Positions 51,211 to 64,000 of a DNA stretch of 64,000 nt are shown in pieces; the stretch's first letter is position 1, and every line of letters begins with the position of its first letter. The position numbers and the translations under genes were made by a program. Origin of the DNA: Phoronis australis (lineage: Eukaryota > Animalia > Phoronida); assembly GCA_002633005.1 (NCBI GenBank), contig NMRA01000739.1, positions 107,925 to 171,924 of the forward strand, written 5' to 3'. The notes beneath the pieces are model-generated. The model worked only from the letters and a program-made list of their open reading frames with translations. It had not been told where the DNA came from and made no database searches.

Positions 51211-52181
51211 GTGAGTTACATGTCTTTGTCAGAAAGGAACACGCCATCTCTGCATTAATTGGCCCCGAAAATGGTTCCTACAACATTGCGCTGTGCAAAT
51301 TAACTGATACCGATCTCGAAGGAGTGGTTAAAAACAAAAGAAGCCCACTGGATTCATTGGGGAGAAAACTCATTTTGGGGGATTGTTGTTGATTGGGATA
51401 AACTTCTTAAGTTGTCATCTTTGATCATAGACAGTGACCACTGTCTCTAGCTGGCCCCCAGAGAGACGGGGATGCTCGCTTTTTCACGAATTATGCCTCA
51501 CATTGATTAAAACATCAAAGGCACGTTCTTGCTTTTGCGTGCCATGCCGCTGGTCAATTTTCGAGTCGATTTTTGTGTAAAGAGATTAGATACCTGTGCC
51601 CGGTTATAACTTCCCTAAATCTACTGTGTATTTGAGGGTTTGTGAAACCACTGATTATCCTTTCTTGTGCTGTTTGAGTCTCATCACTCACTGGGTCAAT
51701 TTTTGGCTTTGATACAAGTCGAGAGTGAACTCTACGTCGAATTCTCAGCATTATTGAAAATAAGTAGGGATCGTTTCATGCAACGCCCCTAATTTAAGAA
51801 CTACGCCCCTAATTGTCTTGACTGACATAAGGGCTCAGTTTTTGTCTATCTTATTAGAAAATGTCACTTTGACCTCGTAACAAAGGTATACTGATAGAAA
51901 AACATATAAGTGAGTTATGAACGAAAGATATATGCAAAACAATTACGGAACTCAGTTGAGTCCCTACCCTAATAGGGACTGTTTCATGCAACCGGCCATC
52001 GGTACCTGGCCCAAGTTGCACACATAACATACAAGATTCTCAAATTTACGGTATCGTTGCCGTGTTCGAATTACCTAGCATATATCTTGTCATTGGGGTA
52101 TGTGGTAATTTCGTTTCGCGTCTCGTTTGAAATACACAAGCCACTGCACGTGTTTAACACTGATCTCTCCTTCTTTTCTAG

Positions 52182-52286
52182 AGAACATTGTCGACGTTCC
52201 TATGGAAAAGTTGCAAAACATCTTATGTGGTAACATCGTTGGCACCGCCAATATGGTGCAAGCCTGTTACCCTTTTATGAAGAACG
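52182..52286 (+). CDS. SDR exon 3
   Basis: ENIVDVPMEKLQNILCGNIVGTANMVQACYPFMKN; ttttctag acceptor and GTGAGT donor. Confidence 0.88.
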
Positions 52287-52526
52287 GTGAGTGTTTCGTT
52301 ATTCTGTATCCTGTCGCCGTTTAGGACGTCACCATGTGTCAAAAAGATTATTTTGCAGTATAAACATAGCTGTGAACAGTTTGTGGGTGTCTCATTCATT
52401 CAGTTGTGCCTGCACGAAGCGTGGTGAGCTTTCGACGTAGGCAGCAATACATGTAGATCATTTGAAAATTTAATTGTTGTCAGACGTCATAGCGTTGATT
52501 TTGAGGTGACTCTTTTGTTGTTACAG

Positions 52527-52711
52527 ATGGCAACAATTGCGCCATAGTCAATATACTGTCAATACGTGCCCATAACGCTTGCCTGGAGAGCTCCCCTTAC
52601 AGTACAGCCAAGGCGGGGCTGGCCATGTTCACCAAATGTGCGGCACTTGACCTCGCTTCAACTGGTATCCGTGTCAACTCTGTTAGTCCTGGCTATATAT
52701 GGACGCCCCGT
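52527..52711 (+). CDS. SDR exon 4 (catalytic S and YxxxK)
   Basis: AIVNILS...PYSTAKAG...DLASTGIRVNSVSPGYIWTPR; ttacag acceptor and GTAAGT donor. Confidence 0.9.
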
Positions 52712-53206
52712 GTAAGTTAGACTGTAGCGAGCGTGTTCTCCAATGCAGTTTTTCCATAGATGTGACTTTTCACTACATAAGACTTCGAATCGCGGAGGTG
52801 ACCAACAGTAGCACTGACCCTGGCTGTATAGTTTATCTTTATTATAGAACCCTCTATGAAAAATGACGTTTTCTTATAATATACATCTGAATTCGAGCCT
52901 TTATTTCAATGGAAATTGATAGAGACTTTGTCCTTAACTAGGGCCGTTGCATAAAAAGATCCTTTATCGGATTTTCAATAATATTAAGAATTGAAGGTAG
53001 TTTACTTTCGATGTGTATCAAAACTAAAAAGGACTCTGTAACGAAGATGAACCAGCATTAAAAAAATTGTGTTAAAACGTTGTTGAGTCCCTATACATAC
53101 TGGTTAGTTTCTTGCAACCGAACACGCACGGGTCCCTTTGATCCCCACTGGATCTGCGTCTGTCTTCATGGAAATACATTTTGTGATCTGGTCTTTTTTA
53201 TTGCAG

Positions 53207-53410
53207 CTTCAGACCGTGATGGGTAATCGTGAGACAGCGGAGAAAATCGTTTTGCGGTTGCACATGTCACGACGTGTCATCGAGGCGGCTGGCGTGGCGT
53301 CGGCTGTTGCCTTTCTGTGCAGCCAAGATGCCATGTACATAGATGGCGCTGACATACCCGTGGACTGCGGGAATTCCGCTATGGGTCCCGAGGGACTAGG
53401 CGACCACTGA
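53207..53410 (+). CDS. SDR exon 5 (last)
   Basis: VASAVAFLCSQDAMYIDGADIPVDCGNSAMGPEGLGDH*. Total ~295 aa with all phases consistent. Confidence 0.9.
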   Translation, partial: LQTVMGNRETAEKIVLRLHMSRRVIEAAGVASAVAFLCSQDAMYIDGADIPVDCGNSAMGPEGLGDH

Positions 53411-54379
53411 AGGCAAACCCACTCTAATAACGCCCTATTCGATGGACCGTATTTTTTCTCACCAAAGACGGAATATTTGGACATTTGCAGAGTTTTGTTA
53501 ATAAGCAATTCGAGCATTTTTTGGCTCCCTTAAGTCACAGTACATGCGCATGAGCTGGATTTGTGAATAATTAAACGCAGTTGTGATCTCAAGTTGTGTT
53601 CTCGTCTCAGAAATCTTGGAAATTATGCGACCTAAGCGCCATGTGCTTCTTTCGATGGTGGTTATTTTAGAGGACTCATCAGCAGTTTTAGAACCCAAGA
53701 AAATGTCTGTGTTTGTTTAACTTCGTAACGTGAAACCTCAGACGTGGCTGATAGATTCACAGGAAACTTTGAGATACTGTTACATATTCACAGTTTGTCC
53801 TGCTAAAGATGTTAGGAATTTCTTTGGAATCGTTCCACTTTTCCACAAGCGGCTGTCGAAAATAGGACTTTATGAAAAAATTAAAGTTGTATGAAGCGAA
53901 AACGACACGGGTAATTTGCTGTAGCAGTGTTTCTAAGATTTTATCTCGAACATTTATATCAAATGAAATTTGGCCATGTTATTCTTGCCGTTGTTTTGTG
54001 ACATGTATGATCAATGTATCCTTTTTCATTTTACAGGAAATACGTGGTCACGTTATCCAATTAGTGAAAGATTGGTAAAAAGCCTTCAATCAAATTTTAC
54101 TGGCTTTGTACTTCAGAAAATTTAATACATTCACTGAGTTGAAATCTATAGTTTTGTTGATAAAAAATATTCAAACGTGCGTAAGGTTCTACATAACATT
54201 AAGCCAGGACCAAAACGCGTTTTGAAAGTAGGATTTACTTCCGGTAAATATTAGTTTTCACGTAGACCTAAGACATTGGCGAGAAAAAACTTGTATGATC
54301 ACGTGCTTCTTTTGTAATTCACGTCGATTTCTCGCCTTGGCGTTGAGATTTCATAAAGTTCTTAATATACCTAGGATAT

Positions 54380-54488
54380 GCTCCCTAAAATTCTCCCAGA
54401 TTCCATTTGGCAGTCCGAAGGTGCGAATGTCTGACGGGCAAAATCCTGGCTAATANCCCCCCAACTCAAAATCCTGGATCCGCCCCTG
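54380..54488 (+). mobile_element. MITE family B, partial copy 3 (3' part)
   Basis: ctcccagattccatttggc...aaaatcctggatccgcccctg matches the copies at 37546 and 47244. Confidence 0.75.
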
Positions 54489-54699
54489 CAATGCAGCCTA
54501 GCTGCTTTGAGAGCTAACTGTGCTTGATCGGCTGAAACGTTGTTTAATGATAAGTTTTCGCTTCATGTGGTGACATCGTTGCATAAGTTAAGTGGCAAAT
54601 TGTTATGTCGAGGCTGACAATGGAAATTGATGGATTTTTCAGCCATTGCGGATAGTTATCAGAATGGGAAAGCTAGAAAACACAAGATAATTGGGACCG

Positions 54700-57140
54700 G
54701 TTGACGACGGAACCTGACCCGCTGTACATCACTGCAGCCTCCAACTTCCTTCACTCCCACGGTACCACAACCAACATGATGTTCTCTCAGCTGTCTCACT
54801 CAGTCTTCTAATTGCAACTTCCTTGCCTCTCACCCGCACAGAAAACACCACACAGATTTTGCTGGAAACCCTCTACATCCCACCCCTACAGGAAACAACT
54901 AAGTCCGCCAACCTCTAGCTCTGCATGTCTTCGCCAGCTCGCTGTACCTTGATAACTTCATCTCATGAGCCTCTTTGCATCCTTCCTCCCATGGAACTTT
55001 AAGCTCTATAGTGAAAATACGCTGATGATCCGACCACAGAATTGTGTCAGGCCCCCGCGTTACTTCCACAATACCAGAGAACACCAGCTTCCTTCCCATA
55101 TTTAATCTCGTCTCCCAACTTACTCCATCCAGGATGCAGGATGCAGGGCTGCTCAAATGATCTGACGAAATGGATGTGTTGACTACTTGCCTGAGGCTGA
55201 GTCGCTCCTGTCTTGCGCTTTCCATCTACGATGTCTGCAGTGGTCTTCAGTACTTTGTCGTGACGCCATCTGTATCGATCCTGCTGAAGTGCTACTGTAT
55301 CTTACACCCTCACAGGATGTGGGCCAATGTACCCTTCCTCGATCCACACAACTGACAGTTTGGGTCGTCCACTAAGCCCCAGCGTAGAAAGTAAGTTGGG
55401 GATGCTAACACCTCGTAGACAGAGCGAAGCAGAAACTGAATGCTCATCAACTTCATGGGCTTCTCATTATCTTCTCCTGGTCCATGCTCCATGCTGGCTC
55501 AGTTGGACTGCCTTAGCTTTCCGGGCTTCCTCCTCTGGTGATCTCATCTCAGCTTCCACCATCTCCCTCCGCAGTCTCTCATTCACCTTCTGCCACTGTT
55601 GGAATGGACATGTCCCCCAACCATTATTGTCTTACACAGGTGTCACGGTTACCAATGACATCTTTGATCTGTAGCAAACTCTCTGCCTGGCTCACAGATG
55701 TGTCCGCTGACCACCGTCTCCCTCATCTTGTCATGACGTCTTGGCACTCGATGGAGTTGTTTATTGATGGAATGTCTTCGCCTCCACACCCTAAAGAACT
55801 GCATCCGAAATTTACTTGGAATTCCAATCCGATAAAGGGAACTGAGTTTCCGGGTCAAAGGTCATTAAGTGCAAAAGTTATTTTTTAACTACACCTTTCA
55901 TAATCACGCATATGTTTACCGTTCATGAAGAAAGTTCAGTCACAAAGTTCAGAGTCACTAGGTGCAACTTAGGGGTCATTAAGTGCAATTTTCTGTTTAA
56001 TTTAAGACTTTCAATCAGCTTGTAATTAAATGATCCATTAGGTAGAGTGTTCAAATTCATGGTGGTTCAATGAATTGCCGATCAAATTCTATTGATCTCG
56101 CGGATTTGACTCAAAATATACCGAAACGGGTCAAGGAGTGCATAACATCAAATTGCTTAGTCTGGGACAGGTTTTTAGACACTCTTCGAATTTTGGTAAC
56201 AGGCAGGTGAAACTGTGAGGGTCATTAAGCGCAGTTTTCTATTTCACTCTTGCTCTTTCATAGTTACCAGGGCATCTCTCTCTTTCACACAAAAGATCCA
56301 ACTTCTATGCAATGGGTCTCGCGCTCCACTGGTTTACACTCAGTAGTTTGAAAAGGCTTAGCCCGGTCACACAGTTTGTGTCATAAAAGAGCTCATGATA
56401 ACTCCAGCTGACCCTGCAAGTAGAACTACTCTCATTGGTGTAGACTGACAGTTGAAGTGTGGTTTTCTGTTGAGCCCAGACCGTCCGGAGTTCCACCATA
56501 TACCAACTCCAGACAGTCTCTCTTGACAGTTTAGCGTTATGAGTGGTCAAGGTGAATCCGGCTGTTAACCACTGTCTCTCCTCTCATTATCAGGAGTCTA
56601 CTTCCTGGGTTTGAAATTCATGGGAGCCCATGTTGCAACATCATCTAGGGCTGTCAACACCATGCGTCACGGTACGTCGTTATGGTCAAATCGTCCATCT
56701 ACGGCTCTAATTCAGGTACCACCTTACCGGACTGTAGCCTCGGGTCTCTGCATTCTCTTTTCCCGGCCTTTATCAGAAATTTCATCCCCGTGACGAACAA
56801 AGTAGGGGAGATGATACATCCAGTTACAATGTCTGTAGCGATGGCACCTGTACTAAACTTCAACCATACACATGTCGGGTCTTTCTTTTTCGATTTGGTC
56901 TCCCTGAACAGCTGGTTCAAGACACTCGTGTGTTTAACACAATCAGAGAAATCAGGGATTCTTCCTTTTAGGAAGGATGTGTACATGTACTTGTCTAAGA
57001 GATGGGATGTCATCTTGCATTCTACACTCATCATTGATATTGTTCTGAACTGGCTCATCAAAGCCGAATCCTATACAGACTTGAGAACAGAACACCCCTC
57101 CGCAACCTTCCAGCCAGCCAGTAACGTTTTATGGCGGCGT
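54700..57140 (-). mobile_element. Degenerate RLE-type non-LTR retrotransposon (HERO-like), interrupted at ~55790-56270
   Basis: RT remnants (KGRIPDFSDCVKHT, CVWL, IVTGCIISPTLF), FLLRSVYEVLASP, CQLCG...TLAHIL zinc knuckle and PDTILWS...IELKVPWEE endonuclease. Confidence 0.85.
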
Positions 57141-57892
57141 ACAATCCGGCCGATGTTAATGTTTGTATGAGTAGCTGCACATACTGCCAGTGTTTCTTTT
57201 CTCAAAACAAAACACAAGCAATTCATTGTCAAACCATAAGACACTCAGCCGAAATGGAAGAGACGAGGCTGAACAAAACAACAGCCGGCCAGTCAGGACC
57301 AGTAGATGCACGTTCGCGGATGTACAGGAGCGATTCATGCATGAAGACTGAATGGTTAGTGTAAGGTACAATAGAGATGGCGTGCGAGTCTTCAGTGTCA
57401 TCTTGTATGTTGACGCCCTATTTATGAATCCATCTGAAGTCCGATATCAATCACAGTGAATGCATATTATGTATAGGAGACCAGGGTGAGATCCACTTTT
57501 TCGTTCATGTCCTATATTTCCATGAGTTGTGAGCCAGTGAATTGCTCTTATAAAGATATTACAGCGCTTTGACTACGTTAAACGCTTTCAAACACGAACG
57601 TGTGTGTCACCAAAGGCCACAGGTTCGCGCTGACGTATGCGTAAAGACCTTCGGCTACGTTCAACGCGAACGCGAATGGGTGAGTCACTATGAGGTCAAA
57701 GCGACACTGCTGGAGAACTGGGAAATAGGGACGACGTACCGGACTGGGTGAAAACTGAGTATTCCTAGCTGTCATCAGTTGATTTCCTGTGACACCAATA
57801 GTGATTTTGAGCAACCTAATGCAGAAAAAAAAATTTTTGTGTTCATTTTATATAAGATATGGTTCCACCGACACCTAGACTTTAATTCGCAC

Positions 57893-58300
57893 AGCACAGC
57901 AGTATCAAGACATTCGACCTAAACAACCAAAAATGTGATAAATGAACAGTAGGATTAACTGCCATCGAAAAGGTGGAGTTTTGAAGAACGTGAATTACAC
58001 AAAATGGCTGTTTCTGATGGCTGTTCATTAAATAATGTTATTTTTCCCCACAGTATCACAAGAATAGCACTTCTTTTGAAGAGCGTTACTTAGGAGTTGT
58101 TTGTTAGGAATTGGCACATGTCGAAAAGACTCGGGGCTACGATTTGTGATGACCGTGTACATGTCGAAATGGGGGGTACTCAAAGTACTCGCAATCGCAA
58201 ACAAATATTTCAGCGTTTTTTTTTTCTTTGAAGTCCAAGTTTAACTCGTGAACCGTTATAGGTACTTCTGAAATGACAAAAAAATACATATTAATACGAA
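57893..58300 (+). repeat. Dispersed repeat, direct copy 1 (copy 2 at 60033-60410)
   Basis: cagca.agcagtatc...acattcga....aaacaaccaaaaatgtga...gaacgtgaa...atgtcgaaaagact...gaccgtgtacatgtcgaa...gtactcaaa is shared by both copies. Confidence 0.8.
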
Positions 58301-58397
58301 TGGCCTCCGGAAAATTCGAGAAAATTTGTAAAACGAAGCTTTTGCGGAGCATATTAAATCACTGGATTTTCAAATTCAATAACGAAGTTGAGTAAAT

Positions 58398-59568
58398 AGG
58401 CCTTTTGCGAGTTTATAACAATAACGCGAGATTATGTGAGACTAAACTGTGACGTCACGGGAAGTGGGGCAAAAGCTTGTCGTTTGGTCATTTGCCCAAT
58501 ACGGTAGCAGAGTGTATTCTGTTATTGTCTTCGAGTTTTTAGCCGTTTAGTTCGAAAAATGCCCAAAAGCATTGCTGTTATGGCAAATGAACTTCAGATT
58601 CGCACTACAATACGTTCTATCGCGTTCTGTACTAATTTCGTCCCGTGTACTTAAACGGGCGGTAGGCGAAATCCGCTCACTGGTAAAGTTTTCACCTCGT
58701 CGAAAATACATTCTACACCTAAAGGCTCTTACTTTCTTCAATGACTCTTTCTGCTTCTAAACATATCTTCGATGAAGCATACAATATACGGGAATTCAGG
58801 TCGGGTGACTTAGGCGAAGAATTCCAACTCCACTTTGTGGTTACTGTTAACTTTGTCCGCGCGCGCGATTACCACCGTACAATCAAGTATTTCAACTGAG
58901 TCAGGTGAGCATGAGGCAAAGGCTAGTGCGAGACTGAGCGAAGCGCGAGATCTGGCGCGTGACCTGGCGCGTGACACTTGCAAAATAGCATGAGAAAATA
59001 TCAAGTGAAATTTGTAAGATTTGTGTCCCTTGGACTTTTTGTTCGTCAACAGGCGTGATTTCACGTAACTTCATCAAAATGGCGGCTCTTTAGTGAGAGA
59101 AACTCGAGAGAACCGCGAGGTTTTCATGAATATGCTCAAGTTATTTGTAGACTAAATTGTGTCCAGAGTCAGGGTATGTGTTAATTATAACTTCATGTGC
59201 ACATATGCATGTTTCATTTGGTTTTATTTGCTGTATTTTGAAGTGAATATCTTTTTATGGGGATACACTATCGCCCCTGTATGCCTGCGCCATTCAGGCC
59301 TAGAGCGGGTTAAGTTCCAATTTCAGTCCGTTCACAGCTTCGCACAACATAACAAGGTCACATTTTCTTCGTCTATTCACAGTTATTCCACGACCCATCT
59401 ACCATATCTTAAGTTGTTTTAACGTTTTAAGCGTAAAATTCACCATAAGAACTCCAGTAAGTTTTAGCGTGTGTAGCAAAGACTCGGGGCAAAACAAGAG
59501 CAATATGGCGGGTTTTGCCCCCTTTCCGGTGACGTCACAGTGACTAGCGAGAAACTCGCAAGTGAGCT
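58398..59568. mobile_element. Non-autonomous TIR element, ISL2EU/Harbinger-like, with a THAP remnant
   Basis: Inverted ends (TTGCGAGTTT/AAACTCGCAA; CTGTGACGTCAC/GTGACGTCACAG) flanked by AT on both sides; frameshifted MPK.HCCYGK..SDS.Y at 58559. Confidence 0.6.
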
Positions 59569-60032
59569 ATTGATGGCCTGGCAGATAACATCAATTGCTG
59601 CGCATTTCCTGGCTTTTGAAAATATAGATCTTTTCATCATTAGGCGTCCGGCTCTTGAAGAGGGCCATTGATGACATTCAAGTGGCCACCCTTTTCGTGT
59701 TTTCATTGGCAAATTCTTAAGGGGCCGCTCAGGAATAGAGGGTCCAATATTAGAATCGATTATCTCCATTTTCTTGTTTTTTGTGAAATTGTACATCCGG
59801 CTTTCTTGCTGAGGAAGTCACTTCTTGCAAGGTCACCCGAAAATGGAATGAACTGTCACTTTTTTGCAAGCTTAATGATGTGTAGTGATGTACAGTAGGT
59901 GACCCATTTCAGACGGGACACCCTCTCGGTGAGGCAGATCGAGTGTCCCCCTATACATGTAAATTCGACACTGCCTAGTCGTCACGAGGGGAAGTTGAGA
60001 TTCCAAGTTCATCAAAAACACAAAATAACCGT

Positions 60033-60410
60033 GTACAGCATAGCAGTATCTTAACATTCGATCCAAACAACCAAAAATGTGAAAAATACAATAGGATTGA
60101 CCACCATCTAAAAGTTGGAAATTTAAAGAACGTGAAGATCACTATTTGTGAGTTACACAAAAAGGCTACTTCCGATGGTTAGTAATAAACAATGTTATAT
60201 TTTTCCAAATGCAATAGTATCGCAAGAATAGTGTTTCTTTTGAAGGTCGTTACTATTAACTATTTGTCATGAATTCACAAATGTCGAAAAGACTGGGAGC
60301 TAGACCGTGTACATGTCGAACTGAGGTACTCAAAACACTCGCAAAATATTTCAGCATTTTTTGGAGTTCAAGTAAAAGTCGTGAAATGAGCAAAAATACA
60401 CCTTAATATG
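60033..60410 (+). repeat. Dispersed repeat, direct copy 2
   Basis: Colinear diverged match to 57893-58300. Confidence 0.8.
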
Positions 60411-61807
60411 AATCCCCAAACTCCCTTGTTCCCCGGATTACCCGTCAAAATCTGTGATCTGCGAAATTGCTTATAACATTCCGTTTTCATAAACAAATTC
60501 GTTGGTTTCTGATTTACATGTTTACCGACATGTTAATAGAAGATCTTTGGCAATGAGAAGCTAATATATTTACTAAATGATGATGTTTCCGTGAATTTAG
60601 TTGAAGCCTGAATATGGAAAAATCTATAATCAGATCCCCAAATAGTAAAGTGCACTTGGACGCTTCTTGCCTATCTAAAATAACTATCAAAGACATTGAT
60701 GACATTTAGACAATTCCCAAAAAATTATCCACAGTTCAAATTACAATACACGTACATGTACGTAAATGTCGCTGAAACTCACTAACAGGGCATGCGCGCA
60801 CCCAGCCTTCAAAATGGGGGGGGCTCGAATTTCTGACGTTATGGACCTTGCTAACGAAAGAGCGGGCGGTCTGAAAAAAAAAAANNNNNNNNNNNNNNNN
60901 NNNNNNNNNNNNNNNNNNNNNNNNNNNNNNNNNNNNNNNNNNNNNNNNNNNNNNNNNNNNNNNNNNNNNNNNNNNNNNNNNNNNNNNNNNNNNNNNNNNN
61001 NNNNNNNNNNNNNNNNNNNNNNNNNNNNNNNNNNNNNNNNNNNNNNNNNNNNNNNNNNNNNNNNNNNNNNNNNNNNNNNNNNNNNNNNNNNNNNNNNNNN
61101 NNNNNNNNNNNNNNNNNNNNNNNNNNNNNNNNNNNNNNNNNNNNNNNNNNNNNNNNNNNNNNNNNNNNNNNNNNNNNNNNNNNNNNNNNNNNNNNNNNNN
61201 NNNNNNNNNNNNNNNNNNNNNNNNNNNNNNNNNNNNNNNNNNNNNNNNNNNNNNNNNNNNNNNNNNNNNNNNNNNNNNNNNNNNNNNNNNNNNNNNNNNN
61301 NNNNNNNNNNNNNNNNNNNNNNNNNNNNNNNNNNNNNNNNNNNNNNNNNNNNNNNNNNNNNNNNNNNNNNNNNNNNNNNNNNNNNNNNNNNNNNNNNNNN
61401 NNNNNNNNNNNNNNNNNNNNNNNNNNNNNNNNNNNNNNNNNNNNNNNNNNNNNAAAATGTTAAGAACCCAGCGTATCGCATTTGTCTGCGGATTTTTCCT
61501 TTGGCCTTCTAGATCCTACTAGTGCCTGGGACAAACAGATACATTGCATAAACAAACCCTGGATCATGTTTTGTGTCCCGTCGGAAGAAAATTTAAATTC
61601 GAAAACATCTTCTGAAAACGCACAAAAAAGTGTATTAGTAAAATCTACTGATTTTTAAGTGGTTTTAAAAAACAATCGGTAAACTCACCGATTTTTGTCT
61701 CATTACTTTGATACGTGTCTCTTCCGATAAGTTAGTACCTAACGTGCAGACGAGCACTCCAAATTGGAACGCTAAGTCCCGCGTGGTTGCGCTGCACGCG
61801 AAACAAG

Positions 61808-61841
61808 ATGGCGGACGACCTTTGGAGCCTGACGACAATAG
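61808..61841 (+). CDS. Possible first coding exon of a downstream gene (MADDLWSLTTI)
   Basis: CAAGATGGCG start context in a CpG-rich patch, followed by donor G|GTAACC. Product not identifiable. Confidence 0.4.
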
Positions 61842-64000
61842 GTAACCGGACTATATTAGCCAGGATTTTGCCATGAGAAATTTCGCACCCCCGAACCGCC
61901 TAGCGTGAGAGTTTCAAAGTGAAAAAAACAACAAAAAACATGTCAGACAAAAGACTGTGCTTGGTAGTTAACAAAAGAGCCAAATGTTATCACAAGCTCA
62001 CAACCCTCTATATGTCGGGCTCCCATGTATTGATGCTCCTCTGTTTGTAAAGCGCCCCTTTCGGGAATCTTCATGCTCTTCGGTGTTAGAAATAAGAATC
62101 AATAATATCCCGCATGGATTGAGTCACGTTAATTTTGTGCTTGTCAGCGGTTTCGTCAGGAATAATTAAAGACCCCGTGTTTCAGCAGTGTTTCAAAACA
62201 ACGCTATTCGTGATAGAGCAACGATGGGGAACCCATGTTTCAACCTTTAGACCACGAGACAGTGTATTTTATTTTTGCCTGTAACTAGTAACGAGCCAAT
62301 GATTGAATGAATCAAACTCAAAAGTAAGATCATCGATATCGTAATGTCTAACACAGCTCTGTCAGCAACTACTTACCGGTTGTGCAGTAGGGCCTACCAA
62401 TAATCAGTACCGCCGTTTAAACTGGTGGTAGAGATGGTGACCATCCCATTGGTCCTCCATGCGCCAGAGGCTTTTAGGAGAATTACTCTTCACAATGATG
62501 GTCTAAGTCCTGTGCTGCATTGCCTTAGGGCATGGTAGCCTTGGTACAAAGCTGTATACTAAAAATTTTGACCAGTGCTGTTTACTGCTGTAATGGTAAA
62601 ATTAGAGGTAAGTAGGTGCCCAAAGCCCACCATATCACCTAGAGCACTGAACGTAACTTACGGTGCGAAGGCACTACGTTTAAATGCCAAAAGGTGGTTG
62701 GCTGCGCCTACGTACGCCTATGCCCCACTACAGCACTAATATTGACAATAGTCTTAATACAGCTAGCTGGCTGGCTAGGGTCAAGGGAACGTTAGCCTAG
62801 GACAGGAAGCCTTTGATGTCGTTAATTCTTTCCAACTCAAACAAATACTCCCGTAATCAAACTTTTGTTTTGAATAATCTTGTTCAGTTGCCCAAATCTG
62901 CTCGTGCCAGGGGTATGACATCCACCTACTGGATGCACAAGATCTGGTTGGAGTGATTCTCAAATAGAGCACTGTCGCATGCAATTGTTACCAATTTTGC
63001 ACACCCTTATGGGTATGAAAAATGACGGTATGTCATTTAGAGTTATCGCAACTGTTGGTACATAAAAAAATGCTTTTAATATCATTGTAGGTTGGGACAA
63101 AATGTACAGTCCTTTAGCATGGCATTGTGGTCCCCCGCTGTAAACCTGATTCTTATAATTTTACCATTCCAGGATTATCTTGGCAGCACAGGTGAACGAT
63201 GTCTGAATTTGAAAATTTAATTTTTTTAAATCAGATGCTCAAACCATAGTCAATCGATTTACACTTAAGGTAATCGACGTTTGACGAAAGGGACAGTGGC
63301 TTCCATCGTCCTCAAATTTCGACGGCGACGATGGCCACTTAGGCACTTTAATTTAATTATCATTGCACCTACCTAAGTAATTTATGTTTACAAAAAATTG
63401 AGACTACGGCAGGGGATGACGGCCACTTGGGCATGTTTTTTGCAACCATCTACTCCATTTAACCTTCTTAAAAAAATTTGACTTAAAGTGCTTTAAAATC
63501 ACACCCACAGTATATAACACCATAGGATTATCCCTTAGCGCAAGCAGAGTAGATGTGGCAACTGAATGGAGCGTTCGAAAAACAGGATTGCAGGACTATT
63601 TGTTTAAACTGGGAACAAATGAAAACATTAACGACCTCCTCAGAGGCATCTATCTACGCGGTATTTCTAAACTTATAGGAACATTATTTGCCGAAAAGTA
63701 TCCGGCATATGGAGTACCTATGGTATGATCATTGACTCTACTTGGTCAGCAGTATTGTCTGCGGCCTAGGCAGCCAAGGGGATGAATAAGTTAAAAAAAC
63801 AACTGGTGATAATACTGAAACACACATGGAAAACACCAATATGTATTTTTAAAAACACGTACCTGTTTTTGAAAGATATACTTCTTTCTCTTTCTTGAAA
63901 TGTGGCCCATAATGTACTTTTCCAGCTAACAAATGATGCACTCATGTTTCAGAATGTTCCTATCTTGTTCAGGTTAATTGGGTGTTTCAGATTTTGGAAG

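Noticed and set aside
32105-53410. Trunk-like gene, kinase and SDR as a functional cluster
   Set aside because: Only adjacency supports it. The kinase has no transmembrane segment or tyrosine-kinase motifs, so it is not a Torso-type receptor.
60741-61512. 246-248 aa ORFs
   Set aside because: Artefacts of the N gap.

Overview
Intron-rich, repeat-rich eukaryotic DNA, probably from a marine invertebrate (inferred from gene and transposon content; the species cannot be determined), with assembly gaps at 22535-22647 and 60884-61453. Four spliced or complete genes can be reconstructed by hand. (1) A 6-coding-exon, ~384-aa Rab11-FIP-like gene (5932-16492, +) with an unusual C2 + Sec5/EXOC2-like IPT + Rab11-binding (FIP-RBD) architecture; this is the most interesting object in the window. 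(2) A secreted Trunk/PTTH/Noggin-like cystine-knot gene with one coding exon (32105-33049, +). (3) A 3-exon divergent protein kinase with a possible N-myristoylation start (41501-37190, -). (4) A 5-exon short-chain dehydrogenase/reductase (49483-53410, +). A possible first exon of a fifth gene lies at 61808. The rest is transposon-derived: a frameshifted PGBD3-like piggyBac, two RLE-type (HERO/NeSL-like) non-LTR relics, CR1/L2 tails, THAP-bearing relics and several MITE families. The hAT-like MITEs show both 5-bp and 8-bp target-site duplications. All family assignments come from motif recognition, not database searches.
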